DNA of 64,000 nt from an uncultured Candidatus Nitrosopelagicus sp. (GTDB taxonomy: Archaea > Thermoproteota > Nitrososphaeria > Nitrososphaerales > Nitrosopumilaceae). Under the pieces are notes generated by a model that saw only the letters and a program-made list of their open reading frames with translations, was not told where the DNA came from and made no database searches. The first letter of the stretch is position 1. Each line of letters starts with the position of its first letter. Below, piece by piece: positions 29,569 through 38,657 of this stretch. The position numbers were made by a program, and so were the translations under genes. The stretch is taken from the NCBI GenBank assembly GCA_964455405.1, contig CAYVWD010000055.1, forward strand, positions 1,171-65,170. Reading direction: 5' to 3'.

Positions 29569-30039
29569 TTAAACATTTACCTTCTCCTCATCCTTATCTA
29601 TTTCTTTTATTACTTCTTCAGTCATATACTCTTGCATAGCTTCCTGTTTTGCAATATCTAATTCTATTGAACTTATATATATACCACTCTCGTATAGAGC
29701 TTCTTCCAACATTACCACTTTGTTATATGTGGTACAATAAGAACATTGACAATTCTCAATATCATCAAAGGTACAATATATATCTTCCCACTCAACATCC
29801 TTCCTCTCTATTAACCTATCTGTTTCCTCCGCTCCTTCACATTCACTACAAGCATAAGGATTATCAGTCAGCATAATCCAATCTCCCATGTCCTCTATGT
29901 CTGCATGGCGTGTATAAAATCCTGTCCACCACTCTGCACACGTTTCACACATGAGGTTGTGACCACCTACTATGTATGGTGTTCGTTGCCCTATAATCTT
30001 TTTCCATATATGAGATAGCTTTTCTACATCACTATACAT
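29569..30039 (-). CDS. Hypothetical Cys-rich protein
   Basis: CETC, CSEC, CQCSYC. Confidence 0.55.
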   Translation of the reverse strand: MYSDVEKLSHIWKKIIGQRTPYIVGGHNLMCETCAEWWTGFYTRHADIEDMGDWIMLTDNPYACSECEGAEETDRLIERKDVEWEDIYCTFDDIENCQCSYCTTYNKVVMLEEALYESGIYISSIELDIAKQEAMQEYMTEEVIKEIDKDEEKVNV

Positions 30040-30382
30040 TTACGTTTTCCTTTGTCTCTCTAAATAGTTTCATAGCCCTTTGCCATTCTTGTTGATTCTG
30101 TAAGTCGCTATAAGTTAACCCCCTCATATGAGCATTAGGAATTGAATATCCATCTCCGTAAGGTACGTGCTGTAAGGTCAATGGTTTCTCCTTAACTACA
30201 TAATAGATAGCCTCACCATCAGCTACTGGAAATTTCATAAGTCTATTAGAATCTAAAGCATCTAAGTCAGCATTTTCTTTGGCTATACAATCCATTATAT
30301 CTGTACAGTCACAGGTTAGTTCTCCCTTCCATCTATTGTATTTCCAATGCCCATCTGGATACCCTGTCATTAGTCGTGCCAT
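30032..30382 (-). CDS. Conserved phage hypothetical protein
   Basis: FPVADG.A.Y.V...L.H....DGY pattern. Confidence 0.6.
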   Translation of the reverse strand: MARLMTGYPDGHWKYNRWKGELTCDCTDIMDCIAKENADLDALDSNRLMKFPVADGEAIYYVVKEKPLTLQHVPYGDGYSIPNAHMRGLTYSDLQNQQEWQRAMKLFRETKENVNV

Positions 30383-30387
30383 ATTCT

Positions 30388-30621
30388 CTACTCCTCTGGC
30401 CTAGTATAGTTTGGGTCTTCTTTACTCAGCCACTGTTTAATATGCTCCATTGCATCACTCTTAAGCATTTCATATTGTTCATAACAATCACCACATAATC
30501 CATTGATAGATGGTAGTGGGTCACCACTGTTAGTAAAACTAGCCATGTCAATATTCAGTGAGAAGTCCATCCTATCTGAACTGACATATCCACAACGATA
30601 ACATTCATAGTTAGTAGCCAT
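30388..30621 (-). CDS. Small Zn-finger protein
   Basis: CYRC...CGDC. Confidence 0.55.
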   Translation of the reverse strand: MATNYECYRCGYVSSDRMDFSLNIDMASFTNSGDPLPSINGLCGDCYEQYEMLKSDAMEHIKQWLSKEDPNYTRPEE

Positions 30622-30902
30622 TAAAACACCTCGTATTTTTCTTTATTGATTGACAACTCATACATAGTATCCACATTAAGCATCCTAAAGTTTTCTTTCT
30701 GCATATCAAATACTGTCATCATATTAAAGTCATCGGGATTGTATCCAAGTCCTAATCCTTTCACCCCCTTCTGGACATTTAATCTACCATTCAATACTCT
30801 ACGACTTCCATCTTTCTTAATATTTTTAGCGGTAAAGATTTTCCCTTTGGATGCTTTAATTAAATCCTTTGCTTCTGCTTTGGATATTCTAGGCATAAAC
30901 AT
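30621..30902 (-). CDS. SH3/WYL_2-like beta-barrel phage protein
   Basis: GKIFT....KKDGS.R.....L...VFDM....FR..N. Confidence 0.6.
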   Translation of the reverse strand: MFMPRISKAEAKDLIKASKGKIFTAKNIKKDGSRRVLNGRLNVQKGVKGLGLGYNPDDFNMMTVFDMQKENFRMLNVDTMYELSINKEKYEVF

Positions 30903-31182
30903 CTTCTCCTTCTGCTCTACTTAATAAGTCTTCTATTTCTATAACAGTCCCTTGGACTTCATACAGATTGGTTAAAGAGTCTCGTAAGTCACTTATCTTA
31001 AGCTCTAACTCTTGAGCAATTTCCTCTAGTGTTTGATACTTTTCTTCTGCTACTCTATGTACATTCTCAGAATTGGTAAGTAACTCATCCAACTCTCTAA
31101 TCATCCCATCTATATCTATTTCCATTGTTCTTTTCTCCTGTTTATTATAATCTAAATATCCACAGTAATAACACATACTCAC
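30889..31182 (-). CDS. Coiled-coil protein
   Basis: E/L-rich heptads. Confidence 0.5.
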   Translation of the reverse strand: MSMCYYCGYLDYNKQEKRTMEIDIDGMIRELDELLTNSENVHRVAEEKYQTLEEIAQELELKISDLRDSLTNLYEVQGTVIEIEDLLSRAEGEDVYA

Positions 31183-31637
31183 CTTCTAACTGGTTCTAAT
31201 ACAAAGCTATCCTTTCTCCCCCCTCTTCTAATTTCTTTTAGTGTCTTACCCTTATGTATTGCAATGTTGGCTTTTCTGATAGTTGGATTTTCTGTCCAGT
31301 GTCTATCCTTTCGCCACTTAATTGGTGACACTATTTTTAATATCCTTATCCATTCTTTACCGTGAGGTAAACCTTTACCACCTAGATGGTCATGTAAAGC
31401 ATGAGCCAGCTCATGTCTTACAGCACCCTTGGCTTCCTTCGCATCACTTAATAACCAACTGGATATTTCAATACGATAGTTACCGTAGGTCATACCACCA
31501 GCCAATGCCCCACAACTAGGTACTACTATAAATGTGGGAGTGAAAGGTTTCGTACAGTTACTTAACAATCTAACGACTGCTTCTTTCTGCACTAACTCTT
31601 TAAGATATCTAAACAATGCTTTGGGTGTTATGCTCAT
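31179..31637 (-). CDS. SprT-like zinc metalloprotease
   Basis: HELAH motif plus downstream HGKEW. Confidence 0.8.
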   Translation of the reverse strand: MSITPKALFRYLKELVQKEAVVRLLSNCTKPFTPTFIVVPSCGALAGGMTYGNYRIEISSWLLSDAKEAKGAVRHELAHALHDHLGGKGLPHGKEWIRILKIVSPIKWRKDRHWTENPTIRKANIAIHKGKTLKEIRRGGRKDSFVLEPVRR

Positions 31638-31656
31638 ATTTAATCTTTACTCCTTC

Positions 31657-32157
31657 TTATAAATACCCTGCTATTTGCATACCATCTTCATACCATAACC
31701 ATGTAATACTTATATCTGGAAACTTATATTCTAGCACCCCCTTTATGGTTTCATTCGGTGGCCCCCATGCAGTATCAAAATCTATATAGACTTCACTAGG
31801 ATATGATTCAGTAATCTTAGCATCAGATGTATCCCACTTAGTCCCCCAATGTTCATTAGCCCAATCATACCAATTAGATACACCATACATATTCATTAGA
31901 GCATCACAAGTTTCTTGAGTAATAGGTAATGAGTCCATCATATATGGTTTATCTTTATATTGTTCTTTATAAACATTTATTTCTTCTTGGGTTGCAACTT
32001 TTGTAGGTGACTGTACTTGCCTTAATGCTTCTGGCATTGGTAGTATTTTATTTAAAGAGAATACATTATCCCCATCCCTTATAAACTCTAGGAACTCTTC
32101 CATCTGTTCATCTGATTCTGAGAAAATAGATAACTTATTTTTGCACCAATTTGGCAT
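31657..32157 (-). CDS. YubB/DUF1281 ferredoxin-like phage protein
   Basis: MPNWC.N, NWYDW..EHWGTKWD and FDTAWGPP. Confidence 0.8.
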   Translation of the reverse strand: MPNWCKNKLSIFSESDEQMEEFLEFIRDGDNVFSLNKILPMPEALRQVQSPTKVATQEEINVYKEQYKDKPYMMDSLPITQETCDALMNMYGVSNWYDWANEHWGTKWDTSDAKITESYPSEVYIDFDTAWGPPNETIKGVLEYKFPDISITWLWYEDGMQIAGYL

Positions 32158-32323
32158 CTTTATATAACTCCTTAACTTGATGTTCAAGTTGTTTAATGTG
32201 TATTATTTGTTGGTCAATTGTTACTTGTAGTGTAGATATCTGAGCAGTAAGCTGTATCTTTTCTCTTTCATAAGCATCTCTTAATTGTTCTAATGCTTCT
32301 AAATATGTCAGTTGTTCATTCAT
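32135..32323 (-). CDS. Small coiled-coil protein
   Basis: ORF with AAGGAG SD. Confidence 0.5.
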   Translation of the reverse strand: MNEQLTYLEALEQLRDAYEREKIQLTAQISTLQVTIDQQIIHIKQLEHQVKELYKDAKLVQK

Positions 32324-32345
32324 ATGTACTCCTTTAGAATATAAT

Positions 32346-32378
32346 AAAGGGAGCGGTTCAAGTTAAACCGCCCCCTTT
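32346..32378. terminator. Hairpin or terminator
   Basis: AAAGGGAGCGGTT...AACCGCCCCCTTT inverted repeat. Confidence 0.55.
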
Positions 32379-32461
32379 ATATTTAATAGAAACTAATGCA
32401 CCCCTACATTCTATTTTAAATTAGACCCAACCTAAAATTGTTTCTACTAAAGAACTCTAAA

Positions 32462-32797
32462 TTAAATTATGCCAAGGAACTTCTTTCTAGGTTTTACTTC
32501 TACACTAGACGGTACTACTACATCGTCTACACCATACGGTGGTTTAACATTAACACCCAATTGTTTATTGCCTGTAGGTGTTTTAACTTGTAAGTATACC
32601 CTAACTGAATCAGCTTCTTTCATAGTAGTATTGAAGCTGTTCTCCCAACCATCCCTAGTACGTCTACCAGAACCTTTTCTATCTAAGGCATAGCTGTTAG
32701 TGTTTAAGTAACTTTTCAGTTGCTTATAAAACATATCCCCTTCTTCTGTGTTAGGGATTCTAAGGACATAGTTACGTTGTGCTGTTTGCTTTTTCAT
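32462..32797 (-). CDS. Hypothetical basic protein
   Basis: 111-aa ORF with SD GAGG. Confidence 0.55.
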   Translation of the reverse strand: MKKQTAQRNYVLRIPNTEEGDMFYKQLKSYLNTNSYALDRKGSGRRTRDGWENSFNTTMKEADSVRVYLQVKTPTGNKQLGVNVKPPYGVDDVVVPSSVEVKPRKKFLGII

Positions 32798-32820
32798 ACT
32801 GTTTTCTTTTCCTCTCTATA

Positions 32821-33864
32821 TTATTTGCAAAGTTCTAATGCAGATTTAAAAGCCCTAGCTTTAATATTGGCACGTTCACCAAATAAAGTAGATGCAGTCT
32901 TTACCCATCCCTTACGATAATCTTCTGTCTCAACAATGGCTTGCCACAATGCCCAAGGTGTATTAGCAAGTCGTGGTTGTTCATCATTAAAGACATGGAA
33001 TCTTTCTAAAGCACCAGCCCTGATTCTGTTTTTAGCCTCCACTCTCTTTTCATATTCTTCTTGTAGGTGCTTCGTATCGTTAAGAATAGTTAACCAAGTA
33101 TCTCTACCAACATCATCTTGGGTAACATCCTTGGCTAAGTTTAACCGCCGTGGCCTTGATGGTTCTGGATAAGCTACATTCAGTACCTTAGATACATCAT
33201 CTTCTTCAACACTGAAATGTGCTAGTCTTTCCATCTGGGCTATTACTTGGTCTTGGCTTGTTAGCATATTATTAAACAAACGAATGTACCATTGGGTATC
33301 AGCTTTAATCATCTTATTGTGTTTAAGAGCTACACTTACTTTAGCTGAACTTAATCCAGTGGTTAGAGTATTTTGACATACTACTCTTACTGGAGTAAAT
33401 GCTATAGTTAATGCACCAGTACCATCACGATGGTCAGTAATAAGATAATAGAGTTTGTGGTGTTCACCCGCTATAGCTGACTCACCAGCATCTAACGTAA
33501 TGAATAGTTTCTCTCCGTGTCCTAAAGCACCTATAGTTTCTACAGGATACTTTTCAGAGATTGGGTCTAAGTAGTTAGCTAAGTCTCTAGTTTGAATGGG
33601 AGTCCATTGTCCGCCTACAACACTTAAGACTCTGTACTGATTGTCATCAGCTACAGGTTCTCTAACAATAGCATTGTGGTCAGTGGCTACTTGTGTACCA
33701 TCAGGCAGGGTAATGTATGTGGGCATTGTGGATATCTCAAAGCCTACATCAACGTGTTGCATAGCTTGAGTTACTGTCATATCTGCATCCATTACTTTAC
33801 CTATTCTGTGCCATGCTGGTTGTCTACGTCCAAAGAATCTTTCTCCAAATATACTTGCTGGCAT
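32821..33864 (-). CDS. DUF932 / LGT_TIGR03299 family phage protein
   Basis: PAWHRIG, ETIGAL..GEKLFI, TPVRVVCQNTL, ALKH and TPWALWQAIVE. Confidence 0.85.
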   Translation of the reverse strand: MPASIFGERFFGRRQPAWHRIGKVMDADMTVTQAMQHVDVGFEISTMPTYITLPDGTQVATDHNAIVREPVADDNQYRVLSVVGGQWTPIQTRDLANYLDPISEKYPVETIGALGHGEKLFITLDAGESAIAGEHHKLYYLITDHRDGTGALTIAFTPVRVVCQNTLTTGLSSAKVSVALKHNKMIKADTQWYIRLFNNMLTSQDQVIAQMERLAHFSVEEDDVSKVLNVAYPEPSRPRRLNLAKDVTQDDVGRDTWLTILNDTKHLQEEYEKRVEAKNRIRAGALERFHVFNDEQPRLANTPWALWQAIVETEDYRKGWVKTASTLFGERANIKARAFKSALELCK

Positions 33865-33975
33865 AATCTTATCTATCCTTTTAATTTAATTTAGTTTTTA
33901 TGGTAGGTTAGGAAAACTGCCTCAGTCGATACTCTCCTTTGACCGCTAGTTTGGCTGTTCGGCTAACTTAAAATC

Positions 33976-34019
33976 AGACTATCAGGCCGTTTCTTTGCTC
34001 TGCAAATCGGGTCTGCCAA
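33976..34019 (-). promoter_or_regulatory. Early promoter copy 5
   Basis: TTGGCA-GACCCGAT-TTGCAG-N18-TAGTCT. Confidence 0.75.
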
Positions 34020-34034
34020 TCCACTTAATATCCC

Positions 34035-34235
34035 TTAAGGATACTGGGATGGCATGGATGTATTGGTGACTAAAGCTTCAGTGAGATAACATATCTCTGC
34101 ACTCACTATATCTATATGGAGTGTAAGGTCATGGATATCTCTAGTTACTTTAAGCAGTTGGTAATTCAAATACCCCAACCAGATAGAGATACCCAATAGA
34201 CTACACAACCCAATACTATTCAGTAGTAGTATCAT
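34035..34235 (-). CDS. Small membrane protein
   Basis: N-terminal hydrophobic helix. Confidence 0.5.
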   Translation of the reverse strand: MILLLNSIGLCSLLGISIWLGYLNYQLLKVTRDIHDLTLHIDIVSAEICYLTEALVTNTSMPSQYP

Positions 34236-34395
34236 CTTCTTCTAATAACTCCTTATCCTTTAAATAGATTTCCTCATCTTCTTTATATGCTTCTACTAAC
34301 GCATCAACACAATCCTGTAGTAAAAGACCTATAGGTACACTACCAATCATTTCCCATGCTATGTTCTTATATTCTTCTTCTGTTGGCATATTGTT

Positions 34396-34860
34396 TTATT
34401 CCTCCTGTACTTTTGATTCCTCTATACTATTTAATAACTTATCTACATTTAATTCCCTGTCATATTGTTCCCGATATAAAGCCTTGTAAAATTTTCTCTT
34501 TAGATTATATCCTACTTGTTCCCTTCCTACTTTGCTGTAGCTATAACATATCTCCCTCAACATATATATTTCAGTAGCGTCTAAGTGTACTACTACTTCT
34601 GAACTATCTTGCTCTAAGTCAGTTGTTTGTAATACTCCCAACCCTATCTTTTCTATTAGGGATATAGGAGCAGGTAATGTAGCTGAAGGAACCAACATTC
34701 TCATAGTAGTTACAGCATTAGAGAAGTCTCCCTTCTCTATAAGCATTGTCATATTATCGTCTAAAAAGAGTATCTCATTCCTAGTCATTACAATGGGGAA
34801 TAGTTCTTCTTCTAGTGGTTCCCCCTCATCATCATAGTCATCTTCAAATAGAAATTCCAT
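34396..34860 (-). CDS. Hypothetical acidic protein
   Basis: ORF with GGAGG SD. Confidence 0.6.
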   Translation of the reverse strand: MEFLFEDDYDDEGEPLEEELFPIVMTRNEILFLDDNMTMLIEKGDFSNAVTTMRMLVPSATLPAPISLIEKIGLGVLQTTDLEQDSSEVVVHLDATEIYMLREICYSYSKVGREQVGYNLKRKFYKALYREQYDRELNVDKLLNSIEESKVQEE

Positions 34861-34863
34861 ATG

Positions 34864-35433
34864 TTATGCCTCCATTTCTGAATCTCCTAAACCTCCATCT
34901 TGTTCCTTTATTCTATCTTGAACAGCCTGTCTTCTCATTCGTTTAGTATAATCTGTTTGTTTTGTTGACTGTTTAAACGCCTTATGAAACTCTTTATTCT
35001 TAGTACGCTTTTCCAACTTCTTATCTCTTTGTTTCCAATTGCTCATTAGATGAAACCCCACTTACGCAAAAGGGATTGAGGGTCTTGCTCTAAAGCTGTT
35101 AGTTGGCACTCGTTACACTTACAATCCTTTACATGGTTTAACGTCCGTTTCCTTAAGTTGAATGGCTGGCCCTGCGAACCAGCATCCTTATTGAAAAAAA
35201 TCTGGTCACCCAATAGTTCATTAAATCTGTCTTTGTCGTTTGGCATTAAAATTCTCCTTTAGTTTTTTGTCTTCGGCATCCGTAGTCCTTAAGGTATGTA
35301 ACACCTCTTGCATGTTCTTTACATTATACTCTACGCTTTCCAATAAGTTAAACAGTGCATCTAAGCGTTTGTCGAACTCTTTCATCTTATCTATATATTC
35401 ATCATTACGTTGAATTAAATATTGCATTACCAT
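34864..35433 (-). other. Three small overlapping hypothetical CDSs (34864-35061, 35046-35246, 35221-35433)
   Basis: Packed ORFs on the coding strand. Confidence 0.5.
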
Positions 35434-35808
35434 TAGGATACTGCCACAAGTATGATTGCAAATATAAATATTGCTCTGGATAATACTTTACTAATAGCTC
35501 CTACAATTACATCAGTCCCAGTTTTATATTCTTCAGTCATATAACTCCTTCTTTAATCTATTTCTTTTAGCTTCCCGAATAACCTCTAATGCTTTTCTAT
35601 TGTTTGCCAAGTGTTTTTTATACCATCCTTTTTGCTTTTTTGTTTCTCGCCGTTCCCATTTAGTATTCATTCTATTTATCCTATTAGTTTTAAAAATGTG
35701 CCACAAACAACTAATACAGCTATAAATTTAAGTGGGTCAGTAACTGCCACATCGCACCTCCGAAAATCTTTTTCTTTAGTCTGGCAGTTCTCGCTCACCT
35801 TGTCAAGC

Positions 35809-35852
35809 ACTTTACCAAAGAACTTTTTTGCTCGTCAAGTCGGGTACGTCAA
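35809..35852 (-). promoter_or_regulatory. Early promoter copy 6
   Basis: TTGACG-TACCCGAC-TTGACG-N18-TAAAGT, followed by a second TTGACA-N17-CAGACT. Confidence 0.7.
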
Positions 35853-35878
35853 TGCACATTAAATTAATATATGGTTTG

Positions 35879-35888
35879 TAGTATAATA
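35879..35888 (+). promoter_or_regulatory. Late-type motif TAGTATAATA driving the HNH gene
   Basis: Same motif as the late family, here on the plus strand. Confidence 0.6.
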
Positions 35889-35895
35889 TATTACT

Positions 35896-36294
35896 ATGAT
35901 TAAGAGGAGCTTTAATATGTCCATTATTCGTAAACACAATCCTTTCTTTATTACTAAATATGCATTAACTACTTTCTTAGAAAAGACTAGGCCAATGGAA
36001 GATTACTTTTCTAATAAGGCCCCCATGCAATCTGACAAATTAAAAATTCGTTTATTGAATGAGGGATACCTAGAACCTAAGTGTGGTATATGTGGTGAAG
36101 AAGAATGGCGAGGTAAAGAAATACCATTACAACTAGACCATAAAAATGGTAAACATGATGATAACAGTCTTCGTAATCTAAGAGTCATATGCCCTAACTG
36201 CCATGCTCAAACCCCTTGGTATAGAATTAAGAATGAACATAAAGATGATACCTATGCTAATGAGCATAGTGAGGATGGAGGGAATAGAGAATAA
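35896..36294 (+). CDS. HNH endonuclease
   Basis: CGIC...LQLDHKNG...DN...NLRVICPNCHAQT; true start may be 35917 after GAGGAG. Confidence 0.9.
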   Translation: MIKRSFNMSIIRKHNPFFITKYALTTFLEKTRPMEDYFSNKAPMQSDKLKIRLLNEGYLEPKCGICGEEEWRGKEIPLQLDHKNGKHDDNSLRNLRVICPNCHAQTPWYRIKNEHKDDTYANEHSEDGGNRE

Positions 36295-36295
36295 T

Positions 36296-36538
36296 CTATT
36301 CCTCCGCTCCCCATTTAAATACTACCATTGTCAGTGTTCTAAACATCTCATCTTTTATACAGGCTGGGCAATTTAATTCCCCCTGAATATAGTCTAAGTC
36401 TAGATATGGTTTATCATCAGCTATCTGTATCCTACTTCCTGCTTCCAATATCTTTAACCATTCCAGAAAATGGTTGCTGTCTAACGCAGTATCACATTTT
36501 ACACAGTGTTTGATAATCATGTTTTTAGTTGTATTCAT
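36296..36538 (-). CDS. Small Zn-finger protein
   Basis: CVKC...CPAC; start MNTTK after AGGAG. Confidence 0.5.
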   Translation of the reverse strand: MNTTKNMIIKHCVKCDTALDSNHFLEWLKILEAGSRIQIADDKPYLDLDYIQGELNCPACIKDEMFRTLTMVVFKWGAEE

Positions 36539-36545
36539 ACATCTC

Positions 36546-37022
36546 CTAAATAATAATGTACCCACTTTTCAATACATACATCTCTGTTGAGGATTTACCC
36601 TGTCCTAATGTTACCCACTTATCTGCTTGAGGTTCATATAACTTAGGTGCTTCATCAGAGAACGCTACTACATTATAAGCATGCCCCCCTGAATAGTCAA
36701 TCACTAACCCCACACAATTTATTCCTATCTTCCTATCTGTACGTGCCTTAAAACTAAATGCGAAATTATCACAATCATATTCTTCTTCTAGCCACCGCCG
36801 TTTGTTTGTCCAATCCCACTTAATCCAGTTAACGAATTCCTGTCTAGTACAAGCATATCGTTTAGTATCTAGATTAAGTTTCTTCATTCCTTCACCCAGA
36901 AACCCCGCCTTCCATAACTGGTTATGTAGCCATGAATTATCCTTCTCTACTTTAGTAGTCATTATCGGCGGGTCTATATAATCTTTCTTAAATCGCTCTA
37001 GTGTTTCAATTAACTCACCCAT
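36546..37022 (-). CDS. Papain/transglutaminase-fold Cys protease (Agglutinin_C-like)
   Basis: YDCDNFA, HAYNV and YEPQ motifs, giving a Cys-His-Glu triad. Confidence 0.7.
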   Translation of the reverse strand: MGELIETLERFKKDYIDPPIMTTKVEKDNSWLHNQLWKAGFLGEGMKKLNLDTKRYACTRQEFVNWIKWDWTNKRRWLEEEYDCDNFAFSFKARTDRKIGINCVGLVIDYSGGHAYNVVAFSDEAPKLYEPQADKWVTLGQGKSSTEMYVLKSGYIII

Positions 37023-37288
37023 TCCTGAAGCTCCTTCGCACTAGGATATGTTACTGGTAATGTGCTTAAGTATTCTAGTTCCTCAGCCAATCCTGCTAAC
37101 CTTCTGCATTCATCAGACTTACCCTGTGCAGCACTTATTTGAGTTTGACTTCTAAGCCATGTAGCAATTCGTTCCATAGTAAGAACCTGTTGCTCTCTAC
37201 ACATAGCTTCTAATTCTGTAGCATCCATTATAGCAGCTGTGGGAATTCCTTCCAGAACATCAAATATAGTTTCTATATTACGTGTCAT
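37010..37288 (-). CDS. Hypothetical protein
   Basis: ORF with GGAGG SD. Confidence 0.55.
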   Translation of the reverse strand: MTRNIETIFDVLEGIPTAAIMDATELEAMCREQQVLTMERIATWLRSQTQISAAQGKSDECRRLAGLAEELEYLSTLPVTYPSAKELQEWVS

Positions 37289-37313
37289 AATACCCTCCTA
37301 ATTCCTATATATT

Positions 37314-37562
37314 TTATTTTATTTGAGCATCCAAAAAACTTTTAATTCCTGTTATTTCTTGAGGCGTGGTGTCCTTCGACTGTCGGGAATACGAGCCATA
37401 AAGATTTTGATATAATGTTTGCATATCTTCCAAGTCCTTTTTACATTCCGCATCATTGATGAATACCTCCGATTCCTTTTTGAGTTTGCGTATAGCTATA
37501 AATAAAGCCTTACTTAGTATATACTTACCCCGGTCACTTTTCACAAATGCAATTGATTCCAT
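37314..37562 (-). CDS. Hypothetical protein, paralog of 23326..23583
   Basis: FVKSDRGKYILSKALFIAIRKL. Confidence 0.6.
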   Translation of the reverse strand: MESIAFVKSDRGKYILSKALFIAIRKLKKESEVFINDAECKKDLEDMQTLYQNLYGSYSRQSKDTTPQEITGIKSFLDAQIK

Positions 37563-37563
37563 T

Positions 37564-37767
37564 TCATTCCTCCTGACAAATATCGCTTTCTAAGATTGAC
37601 CAACCCTTTAAGTATGTTTTCATTGCTCGTTGCCAAGTCTTCTCATTTTTTGGTTTATATCTTCCTGCTTTATTTACCTGTCTTATACGAGATATGATTT
37701 CTTCCGCCGTTAGCCATGAGTAGTAGGGTGTTGGCCCCCCTGCATTCTCTACTAGGTATATCTTCAA
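37564..37767 (-). CDS. Hypothetical protein
   Basis: TTG start after GGAGG. Confidence 0.45.
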   Translation of the reverse strand: MKIYLVENAGGPTPYYSWLTAEEIISRIRQVNKAGRYKPKNEKTWQRAMKTYLKGWSILESDICQEE

Positions 37768-37806
37768 GGCATTCCTCCATAGAATTAGACTTGATAAGAA
37801 TCAGCT

Positions 37807-38253
37807 CTAGTACCCTCCGTATGCCCTTCTTTCTCCACTAGGGAGTAATCCTGCTTTACCAATTTCTTTTAAGACATCATTGAACCCCATATGGTCTGCC
37901 ATAATTGTTTTCATTTGGTCATTTGCTATGGCTAGACTTTTCTTCAGTTCAATTATTTCTGGGCCATGTTCTTCAACATCTCCCTCAATATCTCCTAGTC
38001 TATAAACTAAAACATCTACATCTTCTACCACCTCTTCTATTTTATCTATGTCTTTAATTAACTCATGTAGGTTATGTATCTCTATAGCACACTGTTTAGC
38101 TTCTGCCTGTAGTGGGGGGATATGCCCTTTGATTTCTACTACGTGTGCTTGAGCAGTGTTTAAATCACTTCTCAATGTAGTAATCCACCCGATTAGTCCA
38201 ACTGCCACGATAAGTAAAGGAACGATAGTAGCGATTAAATTTAGTGGTTTCAT
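37807..38253 (-). CDS. Membrane-anchored coiled-coil protein
   Basis: Start MKPLN after GGAGG; N-terminal TM helix followed by heptads. Confidence 0.6.
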   Translation of the reverse strand: MKPLNLIATIVPLLIVAVGLIGWITTLRSDLNTAQAHVVEIKGHIPPLQAEAKQCAIEIHNLHELIKDIDKIEEVVEDVDVLVYRLGDIEGDVEEHGPEIIELKKSLAIANDQMKTIMADHMGFNDVLKEIGKAGLLPSGERRAYGGY

Positions 38254-38657
38254 CTTAACCTCCAAGGTAGCCATTCATTTTTAATTACGGGATACCCTTT
38301 GCTAAACCCTTTCACTGGGGGGAAGCCATAAACATCGCCATCCCACCTTCCTATACGCAATCCATATCTCTTCCCTATATCATTATACTCCTCATCAGTT
38401 AAAACATCTACATTCTTTAATCTAACCAACCCCTCTATTACATTATTATAATCTCTAATCCTTATCCACCCCTTTCCCATTCGTGGCCCATATCCCGGAT
38501 AGGGCATCCATTGTGAGTACTGTATCTGCAATGGAATGGGTGTAGGTGTTGGTTCATATACCAGACACTTGTTACTTTCCACCACAGAAAATGTCGTACA
38601 GATTCCTGTAATTATAGCACACAGTAATATTATTTCGACTAGTATTAATCGAGCCAT
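38250..38657 (-). CDS. Secreted or membrane-anchored protein
   Basis: Signal/TM helix followed by a PTPTPIP linker. Confidence 0.55.
   Translation of the reverse strand: MARLILVEIILLCAIITGICTTFSVVESNKCLVYEPTPTPIPLQIQYSQWMPYPGYGPRMGKGWIRIRDYNNVIEGLVRLKNVDVLTDEEYNDIGKRYGLRIGRWDGDVYGFPPVKGFSKGYPVIKNEWLPWRLR

Noticed and set aside
29457-33975. tRNA or known riboswitch in the intergenic hairpins
   Set aside because: No cloverleaf or T-loop and no recognisable riboswitch consensus by eye; a covariance-model scan would be needed to exclude this formally
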